Shown: piece by piece, positions 13,626 through 25,860 of the stretch
Layout: each line of letters begins with the position of its first letter
Position numbering within the stretch: position 1 is the stretch's first letter
Origin: Octopus bimaculoides
Lineage: Eukaryota
Reading direction: 5' to 3'
DNA: 64,000 bases
Assembly (NCBI RefSeq): GCF_001194135.2
Contig: NC_068983.1
Coordinates: 141,867,898 to 141,931,897, forward strand
Made by a program: the position numbers and the translations under genes
Notes under the pieces: generated by a model
Told to the model about the DNA's origin: nothing
Seen by the model: the letters and a program-made list of their open reading frames with translations, nothing else
The model's database searches: none

Positions 13626-15570
13626 GAACAGTATGTTTACTGAAACGATAAAATGTCAGACTAATTGCCTTACAGATTGCATTCGTGCTTTTATTTGTAT
13701 TTGTGGTTCTGATCTCTGAATTTTTCTCTTTCTTTTCCATTCTTGGGGGTCTTCCTTTCTCCAGTGACAAGTGTCATTGCGTCTTCAAAAAAAAACTATA
13801 TTTCTGTACATAGTTGCTGTGTGTAAAATCAGTATACTGTAGTATTTTGTAAGTACCATCAAAGAACAGATGTAAAGTTCAGGACTAAGTTCCGATTCTC
13901 AATTAAAATAATAAATAAATTCCTTCGCTTTTTTCAATATAAATCCGGGGTCTTCTGATTCGTCAAATAAGAAGCAATAAAATACGTGTTTCGTTGAAAA
14001 CATTTCGCTTTATTTTCGCCGCTAATAGCCTTCAGAAGATTGAGGGTGCATTTATCCTTTTCGTTCAATAAACTTTCTATAATTGGTTAAAATAACTGAT
14101 ATTATGTTACAAAGCTATAAAAGGAAGCTAAACTTCTAGCAAACCCATGACATTATAAAAAAGAACGGTGTAATATATTGCTAGTTTAAAACTTTTCTTG
14201 GGCCCAGTTTAAGGTGTCAAAACTTTCGTCCATTCGATAGTTATATACAATTATGCATTCTGTCTATTGTTAAAGTTCTTATTTCGCCTCGGGTCAAGTG
14301 CTGTTGAAGTGACCTATTGTCAAAAATGTTCATCACATTTTTTTTATTAATTTTTGGTTGTATACTTCGCACTACATTATCCATAGTAGTTTATTTTGTT
14401 AACATAGTAAAATGTAAAGTGAGATGGTTAGCTACTATTTCTAGTAAATTGAGGTAGTTGGCTACTATTTCTACTCTTTCACAATGAAACAAAGCTCTCT
14501 GGTTGATTCGCACATACATAGCATGCTTTTTGAACTTATACATAGAGACTCACCAGTTGGCTCATCGCCTTGCAACAAGTTATAAGTGTTTCTTTTGTTT
14601 TTTTATCATACACGCCGCGCAAAGCAAGTGACAATATACGAGGTGTCGTCTGTTCCCCTCTTAGCCAATTATTCTCTTTTCAAATCTTAATAGCTGCGTG
14701 AATCCTTACGACCACCACCCACCACCGCCACCAGCATCACCTGTTCCACCTCCACCAAGACAATCTACTCCACTACCACTACAACTACTATCGCCACTGC
14801 ATCGATAAATGAAATAAAAACATATAATATGTACCAAGTGAACTTGTATTCTTTTTTATTTGAGTTTTTTTTTTCGTCATTTATTTATTTATTTATCTAT
14901 TGCTGTAGCCTCGAGGTACAGATAGCAAACTATATTTGAAACAAACTATATTGGTTCAGGAAAAAGTTGGAGGGGGTGCGGCGTTAAAACAAACAACTAT
15001 TTACAGTAACTAAAATTGCCAAACACTGTTTATTATTATCAACCTCACCCCTCTCACCCCTCACCTCAATCGAAAAAAGAAACACTTAGTGTATCTATGT
15101 ATGCATGTTTGTGTGCGTCTGTGTGTCTGCGTGTGAGTCCGCGCGCACGTGCATGCACTCACATACGTATATATACGTACGTCTCTTGCTACTTTTGAGT
15201 TCCACTTCAGCACGAGTCCAGCGTTGCTGTCAAGTTATTCGTTTAATCACAAACGTTTACCGGAACGGCTAATTCATGGGATATTTGTTATTAACTGTTC
15301 ATTGACCATGAGAATTAGCGACTAAGAGCAGATACTCTTGCAGTAGAAGACTAATGAGACCAATAGAAGAGACACTGCTGTAGTAGCGACGCAAGAGGCA
15401 GAGTGAAGAAGCTGCACTTGTGATTTAGTGTTTGTAGCATATTGATGAGTGATTCTTTACAAATCGGTCAGACGGATTCAGGACTCAGATATACGAGTGC
15501 CATACTGTATAACATTGATTAATGCTGGATTATTTCCTTGTACTTCATATTCCTCATACTTGCTAACATA

Positions 15571-15604
<34 letters not shown>

Positions 15605-15934
15605 TACATACACAAATACATACACATACACACACAAATACACACAAACAGATACACACACATACTTACCTTAAATACTTGAATTAAACTGTAAGCGGCT
15701 GAATGTTTCATACACACACTTGCTCAAGATATCACACCTCTCATGACTGAGAAGCAGATTTCTTGTGAATTCTGATACGTGTGTGTGCATGTGTGTATTA
15801 ATATTTATAGACATATATTACATGTATGTATGTTTATATTATACTATGTATGTATGCATGTATGTATATATGTATGTACGTATGTATGTATGTATGTATC
15901 GCTTAACCAAAAGTGCGTTTGAATTAAAGAGTGA

Positions 15935-16640
15935 TTATATATTAAAATAAATGCAAGTGTGTTCCGGACATGATTCATGTTTCTAGAGGACACACGTTTA
16001 TAAAAGTATACGGACATGTGTCACCATCATCAGCGGGAAACAGCACAAAAGCTTGCGAGATAAAATTATTGGTTTTATATATGCCGGTAACACCGGAAAT
16101 TATAGCAAAAATATATTGTGTAGAGCCAAAATAACGTGAATTGGAATATGGTTTTCATAGGTACAAATTATGTACAGCAGAATTCTTCTCTCAGAGGTTA
16201 ACATAAAATTTAAAATTAAAATATTGAAAAGGCTGTTATGTTAATTATAGAAATCTCTATTCCACAAACAAAACGAAAATGTTTTTTCGCGCAAAGATGA
16301 GCAAAGTGTTCAATAAAGATTAATAAAATCAAGTGTTGAGCGATAATATATAAGGATAACCTAGGTAAAAAAACAACGCATAAAAATAAGGCGAGTTATA
16401 TATATATATTAAAATATGACATACATATTCTCTATATTTTGTCCGAATAGGACTAATGCTTATTGTTGACTCATATTCATAAAAAATGTATACATCCTTA
16501 TGTCACCATCATCAGACCACAGAAAGACCTATAAAAGTTATTAGTTTTATCAGCGCTGATTAATACCTGAAATTATAACCAGAGTATAACGTAAGCATTT
16601 GAAATATCGAGAATTCAAATACGGTTTTTATGCGTATCGT
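15935..16640 (-). repeat. Two degenerate direct-repeat blocks (~230 bp, ~480 bp period), each carrying a hammerhead core; the second is decayed
   Basis: tgtcaccatcatcag occurs at 16019 and 16501. Flanking similarity: atattaaaata on the left; ataaaa.ttatt.gttttat, acc.gaaattata and gaatt..aata.ggtttt.at on the right. Confidence 0.65.
15957..16046 (-). ncRNA. Type I hammerhead ribozyme with intact core
   Basis: Minus strand reads gtgctgtttcccg-CTGATGA-tggtgacacatgt...acgtgtgtcctcta-GAAA-catg aat catg-TC|cggaacacac. All core nucleotides are present, stems I, II and III can pair, and the GUC cleavage site falls between 15967 and 15966. Confidence 0.8.
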
Positions 16641-17083
16641 CATCCTTTTCATCGTAAGATATCGAATACTCTAAGTAGGTATGGCCCAATAGATTACATA
16701 CCTGTGTTGTCTTGCTCTATCCCTTTATATTCGCTAAATTGTTTCCCTTCCTTCTTTTGCTATTCATTTTGTCTTCTGTTAACGATCTTTGTGAAACTTC
16801 ATTTTTTTTTTTTTTTTACCTAATGAGATATTCGAAAATATTTTTGTCTTCCCTGATTGATAGTGTCTACTGAAACTGTGTTAGGTTTAGCATTTTTTAG
16901 TATTTGATCATCGTTTATTGTGTTCAGTGTATGATATTCTCGAAAATATTCTGTATGTCCTCATCCGAAGATGAAAAGGTTCTACTTTCAATATGATTGT
17001 GATGAAATGTAGTTAATCATTGACTAACCTGTTGGCCAAGAATGCTATTGTTTACAGGATACATTTTAAATTCATATATATAA

Positions 17084-17114
17084 ACAGACAGACAGACAGA
17101 CAGACAAGACAGAC

Positions 17115-17193
<79 letters not shown>
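17084..17193. repeat. (GACA)n(GATA)n microsatellite
   Basis: Visible directly. Confidence 0.95.
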
Positions 17194-17195
<2 letters not shown>

Positions 17196-18345
17196 TTATA
17201 TGTATTGGGNNNNNNNNNNNNNNNNNNNNNNNNNNNNNNNNNNNNNNNNNNNNNNNNNNNNNNNNNNNNNNNNNNNNNNNNNNNNNNNNNNNNNNNNNNN
17301 NNNNNNNNNNNNNNNNNNNNNNNNNNNNNNNNNNNNNNNNNNNNNNNNNNNNNNNNNNNNNNNNNNNNNNNNNNNNNNNNNNNNNNNNNNNNNNNNNNNN
17401 NNNNNNNNNNNNNNNNNNNNNNNNNNNNNNNNNNNNNNNNNNNNNNNNNNNNNNNNNNNNNNNNNNNNNNNNNNNNNNNNNNNNNNNNNNNNNNNNNNNN
17501 NNNNNNNNNNNNNNNNNNNNNNNNNNNNNNNNNNNNNNNNNNNNNNNNNNNNNNNNNNNNNNNNNNNNNNNNNNNNNNNNNNNNNNNNNNNNNNNNNNNN
17601 NNNNNNNNNNNNNNNNNNNNNNNNNNNNNNNNNNNNNNNNNNNNNNNNNNNNNNNNNNNNNNNNNNNNNNNNNNNNNNNNNNNNNNNNNNNNNNNNNNNN
17701 NNNNNNNNNNNNNNNNNNNNNNNNNNNNNNNNNNNNNNNNNNNNNNNNNNNNNNNNNNNNNNNNNNNNNNTATATATATATATATATATCTTAGGCCGTT
17801 CAATTTTTCTCAATTGAACAATTAGACCAATTGAATAAACCTATCAGTAATGTACCTGTAATGACTACTGGAAACAGTTGTAAGTCAAATTTGCTCCAAT
17901 AAAGGAAAAATATGTAATGACCATTATTTTTAACTTGTCTTATATATATATTCTGTGTGTGTGTTACCCGAGAACATCTAAGTGACATGAAAGACTGTTT
18001 GCTTGGAATCGAAAGAGATTCAGCCTCAGCTTGCTAAAATCTTACAACTACGCTCTGAAGCTGTTTATAAAATCTTGTATTTGCTTACTTGTCTTTTATT
18101 CTTCCAACTGCTGTATCCCACACAATGCTATCAAATGACAAAGGCGATGTGGCCATTAAAGTATAGTTTATCTTAGTGTATTCAAGATAATCAATTTTGA
18201 TAGGTTTCTATTCTAAATTTAACTTCTAAGCACTTGCTGCCGATTAAAATACACATAAATGGATATTTTTACAAGATAGCGAAAATTTTTCCACGCAAAG
18301 AAATCACCGAATTTATATTTATAGATACAGAAAGATTTTAAACAC

Positions 18346-18552
<207 letters not shown>

Positions 18553-19064
18553 TGAGCTATGAGAAGTAATTCAGAGTGGCATGAATTTGGACAACAATGG
18601 TGAATAATATATATTAAATACCATACAAGGTAAATTCTTGCTTTTTTTTAAAATTATCTTCTCTTTGAGAGAAGATAAACAAACATCTGGTGTCATTAAC
18701 GACCGACTTAGAAAAAGGAGAAAATGACAAGAACCCTCTGGAAATGACATTTGAGGCAATGATAGAGTTTTTTGTCTCTTGTAAATTTTAAAAAAAATTT
18801 TTTTTACAAGAACACAACTGTGGACAGTTCCTACCTTGACTCCAACCAACTAAATAACCGAGCATTGCTGTCGCGATATAATTTAATCATGCTAAAATAT
18901 ATTTTTAAAATGCTAAACCCTGAATACAGAGATACGCCTTTCTACAATATTCTGTATGGACTAAGCAGTATTCTTTGTTATCTCTACTTTCAAATCCTGC
19001 AGGGATCAGCCTTGCATTTCATTGTTCTTGAATGAATAAATTACGTAGCAATCGTATACTAAGC

Positions 19065-19310
19065 TGTGAAGACACCTAGTTCAGCGGTTAGGGTGTTGTA
19101 CTCAAGATCGTGGTTTCGATTCCCGGACCGGGTGGTGCGTTGTATTCTTGAGCAAAACGCTTCATTTCACGTTGCTCCAGTACACTTAGCTGTAAATGAG
19201 TAACTCTGTGACGAACAGGCGTCCTGTTCTGAGGGAGTGTTGTAATCTCGGTCACTTATACTCCATGGAAACCGAGTAACCAGCTCAATGAATCCTAGAA
19301 CTTGCGACAG
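19065..19310 (+). mobile_element. SINE family C relative with a different 3' part
   Basis: tRNA-like head, then ttgtattcttgagcaaaacgcttcatttcacgttgctccag and cagctgtaaatgagt-like core. Confidence 0.8.
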
Positions 19311-19549
19311 TATTTATTACTTTACATATATTAAACTACAATCAGTCAATTATATCTCTCCTTTATAATTTTCTTTTTCTTAATCCTATGTAATAATTAC
19401 TGAATCCGGGGAGGGCAACAATTAGCAGTAGATGAATTCGTTAAATTCAGTTATCAATAGAATTTTTGCCAAAACTGCAAATAAAATATGTTTGATAAAA
19501 GCACACCATGTTTACCATTTTATCTACGTCTGTATGTATGTTTAAGTAT

Positions 19550-19578
19550 GTGTGTGTGTGCGTGTGTGTGTGCGTTTA

Positions 19579-19668
<90 letters not shown>
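19550..19668. repeat. (GT)n microsatellite (others at ~1420-1510, 1884-1937, 8307-8354, 15573-15660, 19950-20020, 29750-29825, 33640-33690, 36290-36440, 45720-45970)
   Basis: Visible directly. Confidence 0.95.
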
Positions 19669-19837
19669 GTGTAAACGGAGTTAGCAGTTATAATAACCGA
19701 CTAAGGGATAAAATACTATATATACTATCGGTATCCGTTACCCGTGTTTTCCTTGGGCGTTGGTGTGCAGGCATACTATGCACGTAGAGTGCGGGTAACA
19801 ACAGGATAAACAAGAATTTATCAGGAAACAAATATAA

Positions 19838-19927
19838 ATAATCAGAAAATGGAGAAAACCTCAGATCAACAAATGTGGTCCAATCGATGTGTTTGTTGAT
19901 CTGAGGTTTTCTCCATTTTCTGATTAT
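19838..19927. repeat. Perfect 36-bp inverted repeat with 18-nt spacer
   Basis: ataatcagaaaatggagaaaacctcagatcaacaaa (19838-19873) is the exact reverse complement of 19892-19927. Confidence 0.95.
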
Positions 19928-19973
19928 CATTGTATGTGTGTGCGCGCGTGTGTGTATGTGAGTGTGTAAGTGA

Positions 19974-20023
<50 letters not shown>

Positions 20024-20650
20024 GCAGACAGAGAGAGAGAGAGAGAGCGGGGAGTGAATTGCTCTAATAACGGCTTATATTAAACAATTTATCTCGCCCA
20101 TTTTCCTAAAATTGTTTACATAGCTGTTGTTCAGCATAAAACGCTCTAGACGTAGCTTTGTACAGAACTTCAGATATTCTTCGGATTTCATTCTGTCTTT
20201 TAAAGTTGTCATATCTCCATCTAAGATTTCTTCATTTAGTAAACAATCGTGAGAAAAAAAAATTCCTAAACAGATTTTCTTTGCAAATATGGTATTGTTG
20301 GCGTGCGACATTCTTTCCTGAAGGAGAGGGATAATGAATCTCGTTGAAATCTCTTTCCAACTGCCCAAATTTCGGAATCAGATTTCAACGTTTGAAAACC
20401 TTCCTAGTCTTAACTTTTGAATTAAATTATTTTATGACAGATGTAATTACTGTTCCAGAGTAGGTTAGAATCATGGGAACGATGACGTGCCTGGCTTTTT
20501 ATCGTTATCAGCAGACTTAAAATCTCTCATGAACTTTGACATCAGGTTTCTTTTAGTGTCGGCGGGTAGGGTTAAGTATTCTGTATAAGGTAGCTGTGTT
20601 ATGAACTTCCTCGCAATTGTTCCTTCTTGTATATTGTACGGTCAGTATCA

Positions 20651-20683
20651 GTATGTATGTATGTATGTGTGTATATATGTATG

Positions 20684-20717
<34 letters not shown>

Positions 20718-21105
20718 TCCATGTATGTATGTATGTATGTTTGTGTGTATATATGTATGCATGTATGTATCCATGTATGTATGTATGTATGTATGTATGT
20801 ATGTATGTATGTGTGTATATATGTATGTTTGTATGTGTGCGTGTATGTATGTATGCATGTATGTATGTATGTATGTGTATATATATGTATGTATGCATGT
20901 ATGTGTGTGTATGTATGTATGTGTGTATGTATGTATGTATGTATGCATGTATGTATGTATGTATGTGTGTGTGTATGTATGTATTTATGTATGTATGTAT
21001 GTGTGTGTATGTGTGTATGTATGTATGTATGTGTGTATGTATGTATGTATGTATGCATGTATGTATGCATGTACGTATGTGTGTGTATGTATGTATGTAT
21101 GTATG

Positions 21106-21139
<34 letters not shown>

Positions 21140-21241
21140 TGTATGCATGTATATATGTATGTATGTGTGTGTATGTACGTATGATGTATGTACGTATGAT
21201 GTATGTACGTATGTGTGTGTTTATGTGTGTGTGTGTGTACA

Positions 21242-21275
<34 letters not shown>

Positions 21276-21285
21276 CGTGTGTACG
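20651..21285. repeat. Long compound (TATG)n/(TG)n microsatellite
   Basis: Visible directly; source of the MYVC/HTYI pseudo-ORFs. Confidence 0.97.
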
Positions 21286-22659
21286 CGTGAGTACTGGTGT
21301 ATGGAAGAAAGAGATTTATACAGAGAGGAAGAAAGAAGGTACGGCAAAACTAAGAAACGTGTATTTATAACATCCCCGCCTGTATAACAACGACAACCAG
21401 AAATAAAACACCACCACCACCGTCTCTACCAATACACTACCAACACCCATCCCACCGTGAGTACCACCACCATCACCACCATCATGAAACATCTTCATGT
21501 TTGCTAAACACATTTAACGTCTTTCTTTCGAGTGTTTGCTCTAGCAATATCTATTTCCATGCGAACTATTTATAAAAATATATCTGTCTTAGGGACAATT
21601 ATCAGTATTCTCCTACAAGCTGACCATTCATTGGCCAGCGATGGTCGTGTCAAATATAAACCTCCCACTTCTGAGTTGCTTTTGAAATTAACTAAACTAA
21701 GTATTTGTATACGTGAGAGGGAGGGAGAGAGGGATGGAGAGAGAGAGAGAGAGAGAGTGTGTGTGTGTGTGTGTGAAAGAGAGAAACAGAGGCAGAAAGA
21801 CAGACAGGNNNNNNNNNNNNNNNNNNNNNNNNNNNNNNNNNNNNNNNNNNNNNNNNNNNNNNNNNNNNNNNNNNNNNNNNNNNNNNNNNNNNNNNNNNNN
21901 NNGGAGGGAGGGATGGAGAGAGAGAGAGAGAGAGAGTGTGTGTGTGTGTGTGTGAAAGAGAGAAACAGAGGCAGAAAGACAGACAGGGAATATGCTAGAT
22001 AATAGAGAGAGACGATCTGCGAGAGAGAAACAGAGGCTTCCTAAACACTGAGAGAGAGAGGGGGGTGTTGAAATTAAAATAGGAGGAAGAAGCTGAAAAG
22101 GTTAAGGAAGAGGAAGAGAGAAATAGAAAATTGTGAGGTTTATGACATGCATATAATTATACATGTTTCAGCATTGTATATCTCAAACCAACAATAATAA
22201 TTGTAACTATATTTAACTATTACATATATGTAACTATTACATGCATGCATGCATGTATGTATGTATGTATGATTACGCACACAAGAATACAGACACGTGT
22301 GCACAGACATACATGTGCATCATACATGAATAATAATTAAAATTCTTGGTGCTTTACCCTTAGTCTTACTAACTCCCTAACATTGGATTCATTTAATGTT
22401 TATAGTATGTTTTACGGGTTTTGAGAGTGAATTGCTTATGAAACTTTTGGTGCGCCTTTTTTTTCTTTTCTTTATGTTTTTTAAGTGTTTTGGGTACTGT
22501 TTTAACTTTTAACCATAAATTTTCTTAGTTTTGGTGAAAGCGTATTCAGTAATGATACGATTATTACTTGAATTACGTTACAGAAATGTAGCTACTCAAA
22601 TATTCTAGCTCCAATTATTTACGTCTATCAGTTCAATATTGCATTACTTTTCAAATGCT

Positions 22660-23400
22660 ACTACTGTATAAATCGCGCCTACAGGGCACTGATTAAACTT
22701 CACCCACAAGTTGTAACCATGCATAGAACAGCCATAGAAGACCATAAAACGCGCATATAATACCTGCCTTTATTTTCTTGTTCGGTTTTGTTCTCCACTC
22801 TCTACTTTCTATACATCACTGACCTAATTACCGCCACATCTATCAATGCCCTCTCTTATACAACTGTTTTTGCAAACTACGCGACACTTCATTCTCGTCT
22901 AACTTTGCCCAACCATGCCTCATCCGCATGCAACCTTAACACCACACACCAAGACTGCACTAATTCCATAAACGGAGACCTTAAGATAATCTTTCAGTGG
23001 GGCCATACTAACCTAGTTTCTTTTAACAGCAAACTAACTCGAGCACTACTCATATGAAAAAAAAACCCACCACATCATATCCTAACTAATATGAATAGCA
23101 TTCAGCTAGAGCTAGCGCAGTCGTTCCAAATGCTGAACCTTACTAACACCGAGAATCTCTCCTGGCGAAAATACATCTTTAACAAAACTAAAAACCACAC
23201 CCAAAACTAGCCATTCTCTTTAAAACAAGAAGATATTTCAGCCTTGACACTTTGCAAAGCTACTGACACTCTGCATTTGGAGCAGTGCTACTACTTCGCT
23301 CACAGACATCTTGGACCTCATCCAAAAAAGGGCCACTTGATTAATTTGTATTTATCACTAATGAGCACGTTCACAAGTGTGCTGTCTCGTTTCTGTCTGT
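22660..23400 (+). mobile_element. Decayed CR1/L2-clade LINE reverse-transcriptase fragment
   Basis: Translation includes LYITDL, FANYATL (FADD-like), GDLKIIFQWGHTNLVSFN, LSWRKYI and DILDLIQKRAT*LI, in the expected order, with stops and frameshifts. Confidence 0.7.
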
Positions 23401-23418
23401 TCTAACGCTACTTTATAT

Positions 23419-23599
23419 ATGGCCCAGTGGTTAGGGCAGCGGACTCGCGGTCATAGGATCGCGGTTTCGATTCCCAGACCGGGCGTTGTGAGTGTTTATT
23501 GAGCGAAAACGCCTAAAAAGCTCCACAAGGCTCCGGCGAACCCTGCTGTACTCTTCCACCACAACTTTCTCTCACTTTTACTTCCTGTTTCTGTTGTGC
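23419..23599 (+). mobile_element. SINE family B 5' half (tRNA-Arg(TCG)-like head; resembles octopus OR-type SINE)
   Basis: A-box tggcccagtggttagg, anticodon-like gactcgcgg and B-box ggtttcgattccc, followed by SINE body. Lies at the right end of the LINE remnant. Confidence 0.9.
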
Positions 23600-24071
23600 T
23601 ACTTTCGTACTTTCACTATTCAATCACCTCTGACCCGTTCGTCATTCCACTTCTCATCACCCTTGGTGCGTTCAGCCGTAATAACCATGATTCCGTAATA
23701 ACCATTATTCCCAGTTCTTTCTAACCAGACCAGACCTGTGGAACCTTCTCCTTGCACATGCTTTGCCTGTAAATATTAACCTGTTGTAGTTTAAACGGAT
23801 TATTAATGGCATCAAGCTCACCGGTCTCGGAAAGCCTGCAAAGGTCATAGACAATGCTTCTCTCTTCAGACTCAACAATTAAAAAGAAAGAAACTATTTC
23901 CACAGACTCTTTGTCTACCATATTCCACTCGCAATGTAATCTTTGTTAGCGAGCAAGGACATTTACAGACATGTTTCAGTTTTATTGGATCTCATCAAGT
24001 GGGAAAAAGTTTTTTTTTAGATATCTGGCAAGTAATAATCTGCATAATTGAAATATAAATTGAACTGAGAG

Positions 24072-24498
24072 CAATTCTAGGTACAAGGCCCGAAATTTTT
24101 AGGGAAGGGGGCCAGTCGATTAGATCGACTTCAGTACGCAACTGGTACTTAATTTATCGACCCCGAAAGAATGAAAGGCAAAATCAACCTTGGCGGAATT
24201 TGAACCAGAGCGTAAAGACAGACGAAATGCCGCTAAACATTTCGCCTGGCGTGCTAACGTTTCTTATTTCTTTATTGCCCACAAGGGGCTACACACAGAG
24301 GAGACAAATAAGGACAGACAAACGGATTAAGTCGATTATATCGACCCCAGTGCGTAACTGGTACTTATTTAATCCCCCCCGAAAAGATGAAAGGCAAAGT
24401 CGACTTCGGCGAAATTTGAACTCAGAACATAGCAGCAGACGAAATACCGCTAAGTATTTCGCCCAGCGCGTTAACCTTTCTACCAGCTCGCCGCCTTA
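24072..24498 (-). mobile_element. Two fused family A SINEs within one TSD
   Basis: Copy 1 (24072-24260) lacks its head and copy 2 (24261-24498) is complete. tgaactgagag lies at 24061-24071 and 24499-24509. Confidence 0.85.
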
Positions 24499-25599
24499 TG
24501 AACTGAGAGAACTTACTTAACTGAAGTAACGGCTTGAATTTAAACAAGTTAAGTGGTAATGTAGTAAATGACGTATGCAAATCATTCCGGATTTACTGAA
24601 ATTTTGTCTTTTGGTTCAAGAAAAACCACCAAGCGAAATTTTTAGTAACTCTCAAAACAATAGAAAATAATATCAAGAAACTGAGAGATACTTTCACCAA
24701 ATTCCACTCGCAGTGTATTTGTCAAACGAAAGAATACACCCAAAGTGCTACAGTCGGACCGGTCGTGGAATCGCGTAGTTGTAAAGCAAACCTCTTATCT
24801 TCACACCTTGTCTTCGAGCATGTGGATGTGGTTGAAGACAAACAGGATAAAAACAAGGCAACAGCGACACCAATTATCGAAAAACAGATTTGATCATATT
24901 ATAGACCAAACAGACATGTTTTGGTGACGAGATCCAATAAAACCCAAACATGTCCATAGCTGCCTCCCTTATTTGCTAACAAATACCATATTTCTTCCTA
25001 AACGAATAAATTTTCTGAAATTTATTCTAAATTTCTCGAAAGTATCTCTTCTTCCGCGTCTCTAGCGTTAGGTTTTTTTTTTTTTTTTCTGCAACCAAAA
25101 GAGAAGTTTCAATTGATTGATAATTTTCAGTATGTCGCCTCAAGTTATCCCCCAAGTTCATTTATTTGACTATTTGTCCATTAGCTGTACAAATTACTGC
25201 TGGGNNNNNNNNNNNNNNNNNNNNNNNNNNNNNNNNNNNNNNNNNNNNNNNNNNNNNNNNNNNNNNNNNNNNNNNNNNNNNNNNNNNNNNNNNNNNNNNN
25301 NNNNNNNNNNNNNNNNNNNNNNNNNNNNNNNNNNNNNNNNNNNNNNNNNNNNNNNNNNNNNNNNNNNNNNNNNNNNNNNNNNNNNNNNNNNNNNNNNNNN
25401 NNNNNNNNNNNNNNNNNNNNNNNNNNNNNNNNNNNNNNNNNNNNNNNNNNNNNNNNNNNNNNNNNNNNNNNNNNNNNNNNNNNNNNNNNNNNNNNNNNNN
25501 NNNNNNNNNNNNNNNNNNNNNNNNNNNNNNNNNNNNNNNNNNNNNNNNNNNNNNNNNNNNNNNNNNNNNNNCCTTAACTCATTTTTTTTTTATTAATAT

Positions 25600-25860
25600 T
25601 AATTTTAATACTCTCCCAAAGAGCCTGAGGAACCTGCACAAAGTAGATGTAGAGGTTTTTAAACCAAAGCTGGACCTCTTCCTGTCGAGAGTCCCAGATG
25701 AACCTACCTCACGGCAAGAGGTGCAAATGAGGGTAGCTACATCAAACTCCATTCTTCACCAAGTGCCACATATTGGAGGAGGCTCTCAGTAATAAAAGTA
25801 TAGCAAAACGGCGGTGCATCAGCATGGCCGCAGCTCTCAGCTGAAACTATAGAAAAAAAA
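25600..25860 (+). mobile_element. 3' end of a CR1/L2-type LINE (ORF2 C-terminus, 3' UTR, A-tail)
   Basis: FNTLPKSLRNLHKVDVEVFKPKLDLFLSRVPDEP...SNSILHQ, followed by a short UTR and an A run at ~25850-25862. Left side is cut by an N gap. Confidence 0.75.

Noticed and set aside
16930-16975. Possible third hammerhead (CGGATGA...GAGA, minus strand); similar CTGAAGG motif at ~14030
   Set aside because: Core positions are mutated, stems do not pair, and the flanks do not align to the 15935-16640 unit.
20553-21387. Long ORFs of MYVC/HTYI type and all similar CV/HT/IY or X-rich ORFs
   Set aside because: They are translations of microsatellites or N gaps.
21720-21990. ~80-bp direct duplication either side of the 21809-21902 gap
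   Set aside because: Near-identical sequence abutting both gap edges is typical of an unmerged contig overlap.
23419-23490. tRNA-Arg-like sequence (also the heads at ~45120-45190, ~30640-30711 and the family A heads)
   Set aside because: Each continues directly into a SINE body and lacks a proper acceptor stem, so they are SINE heads, not tRNA genes.
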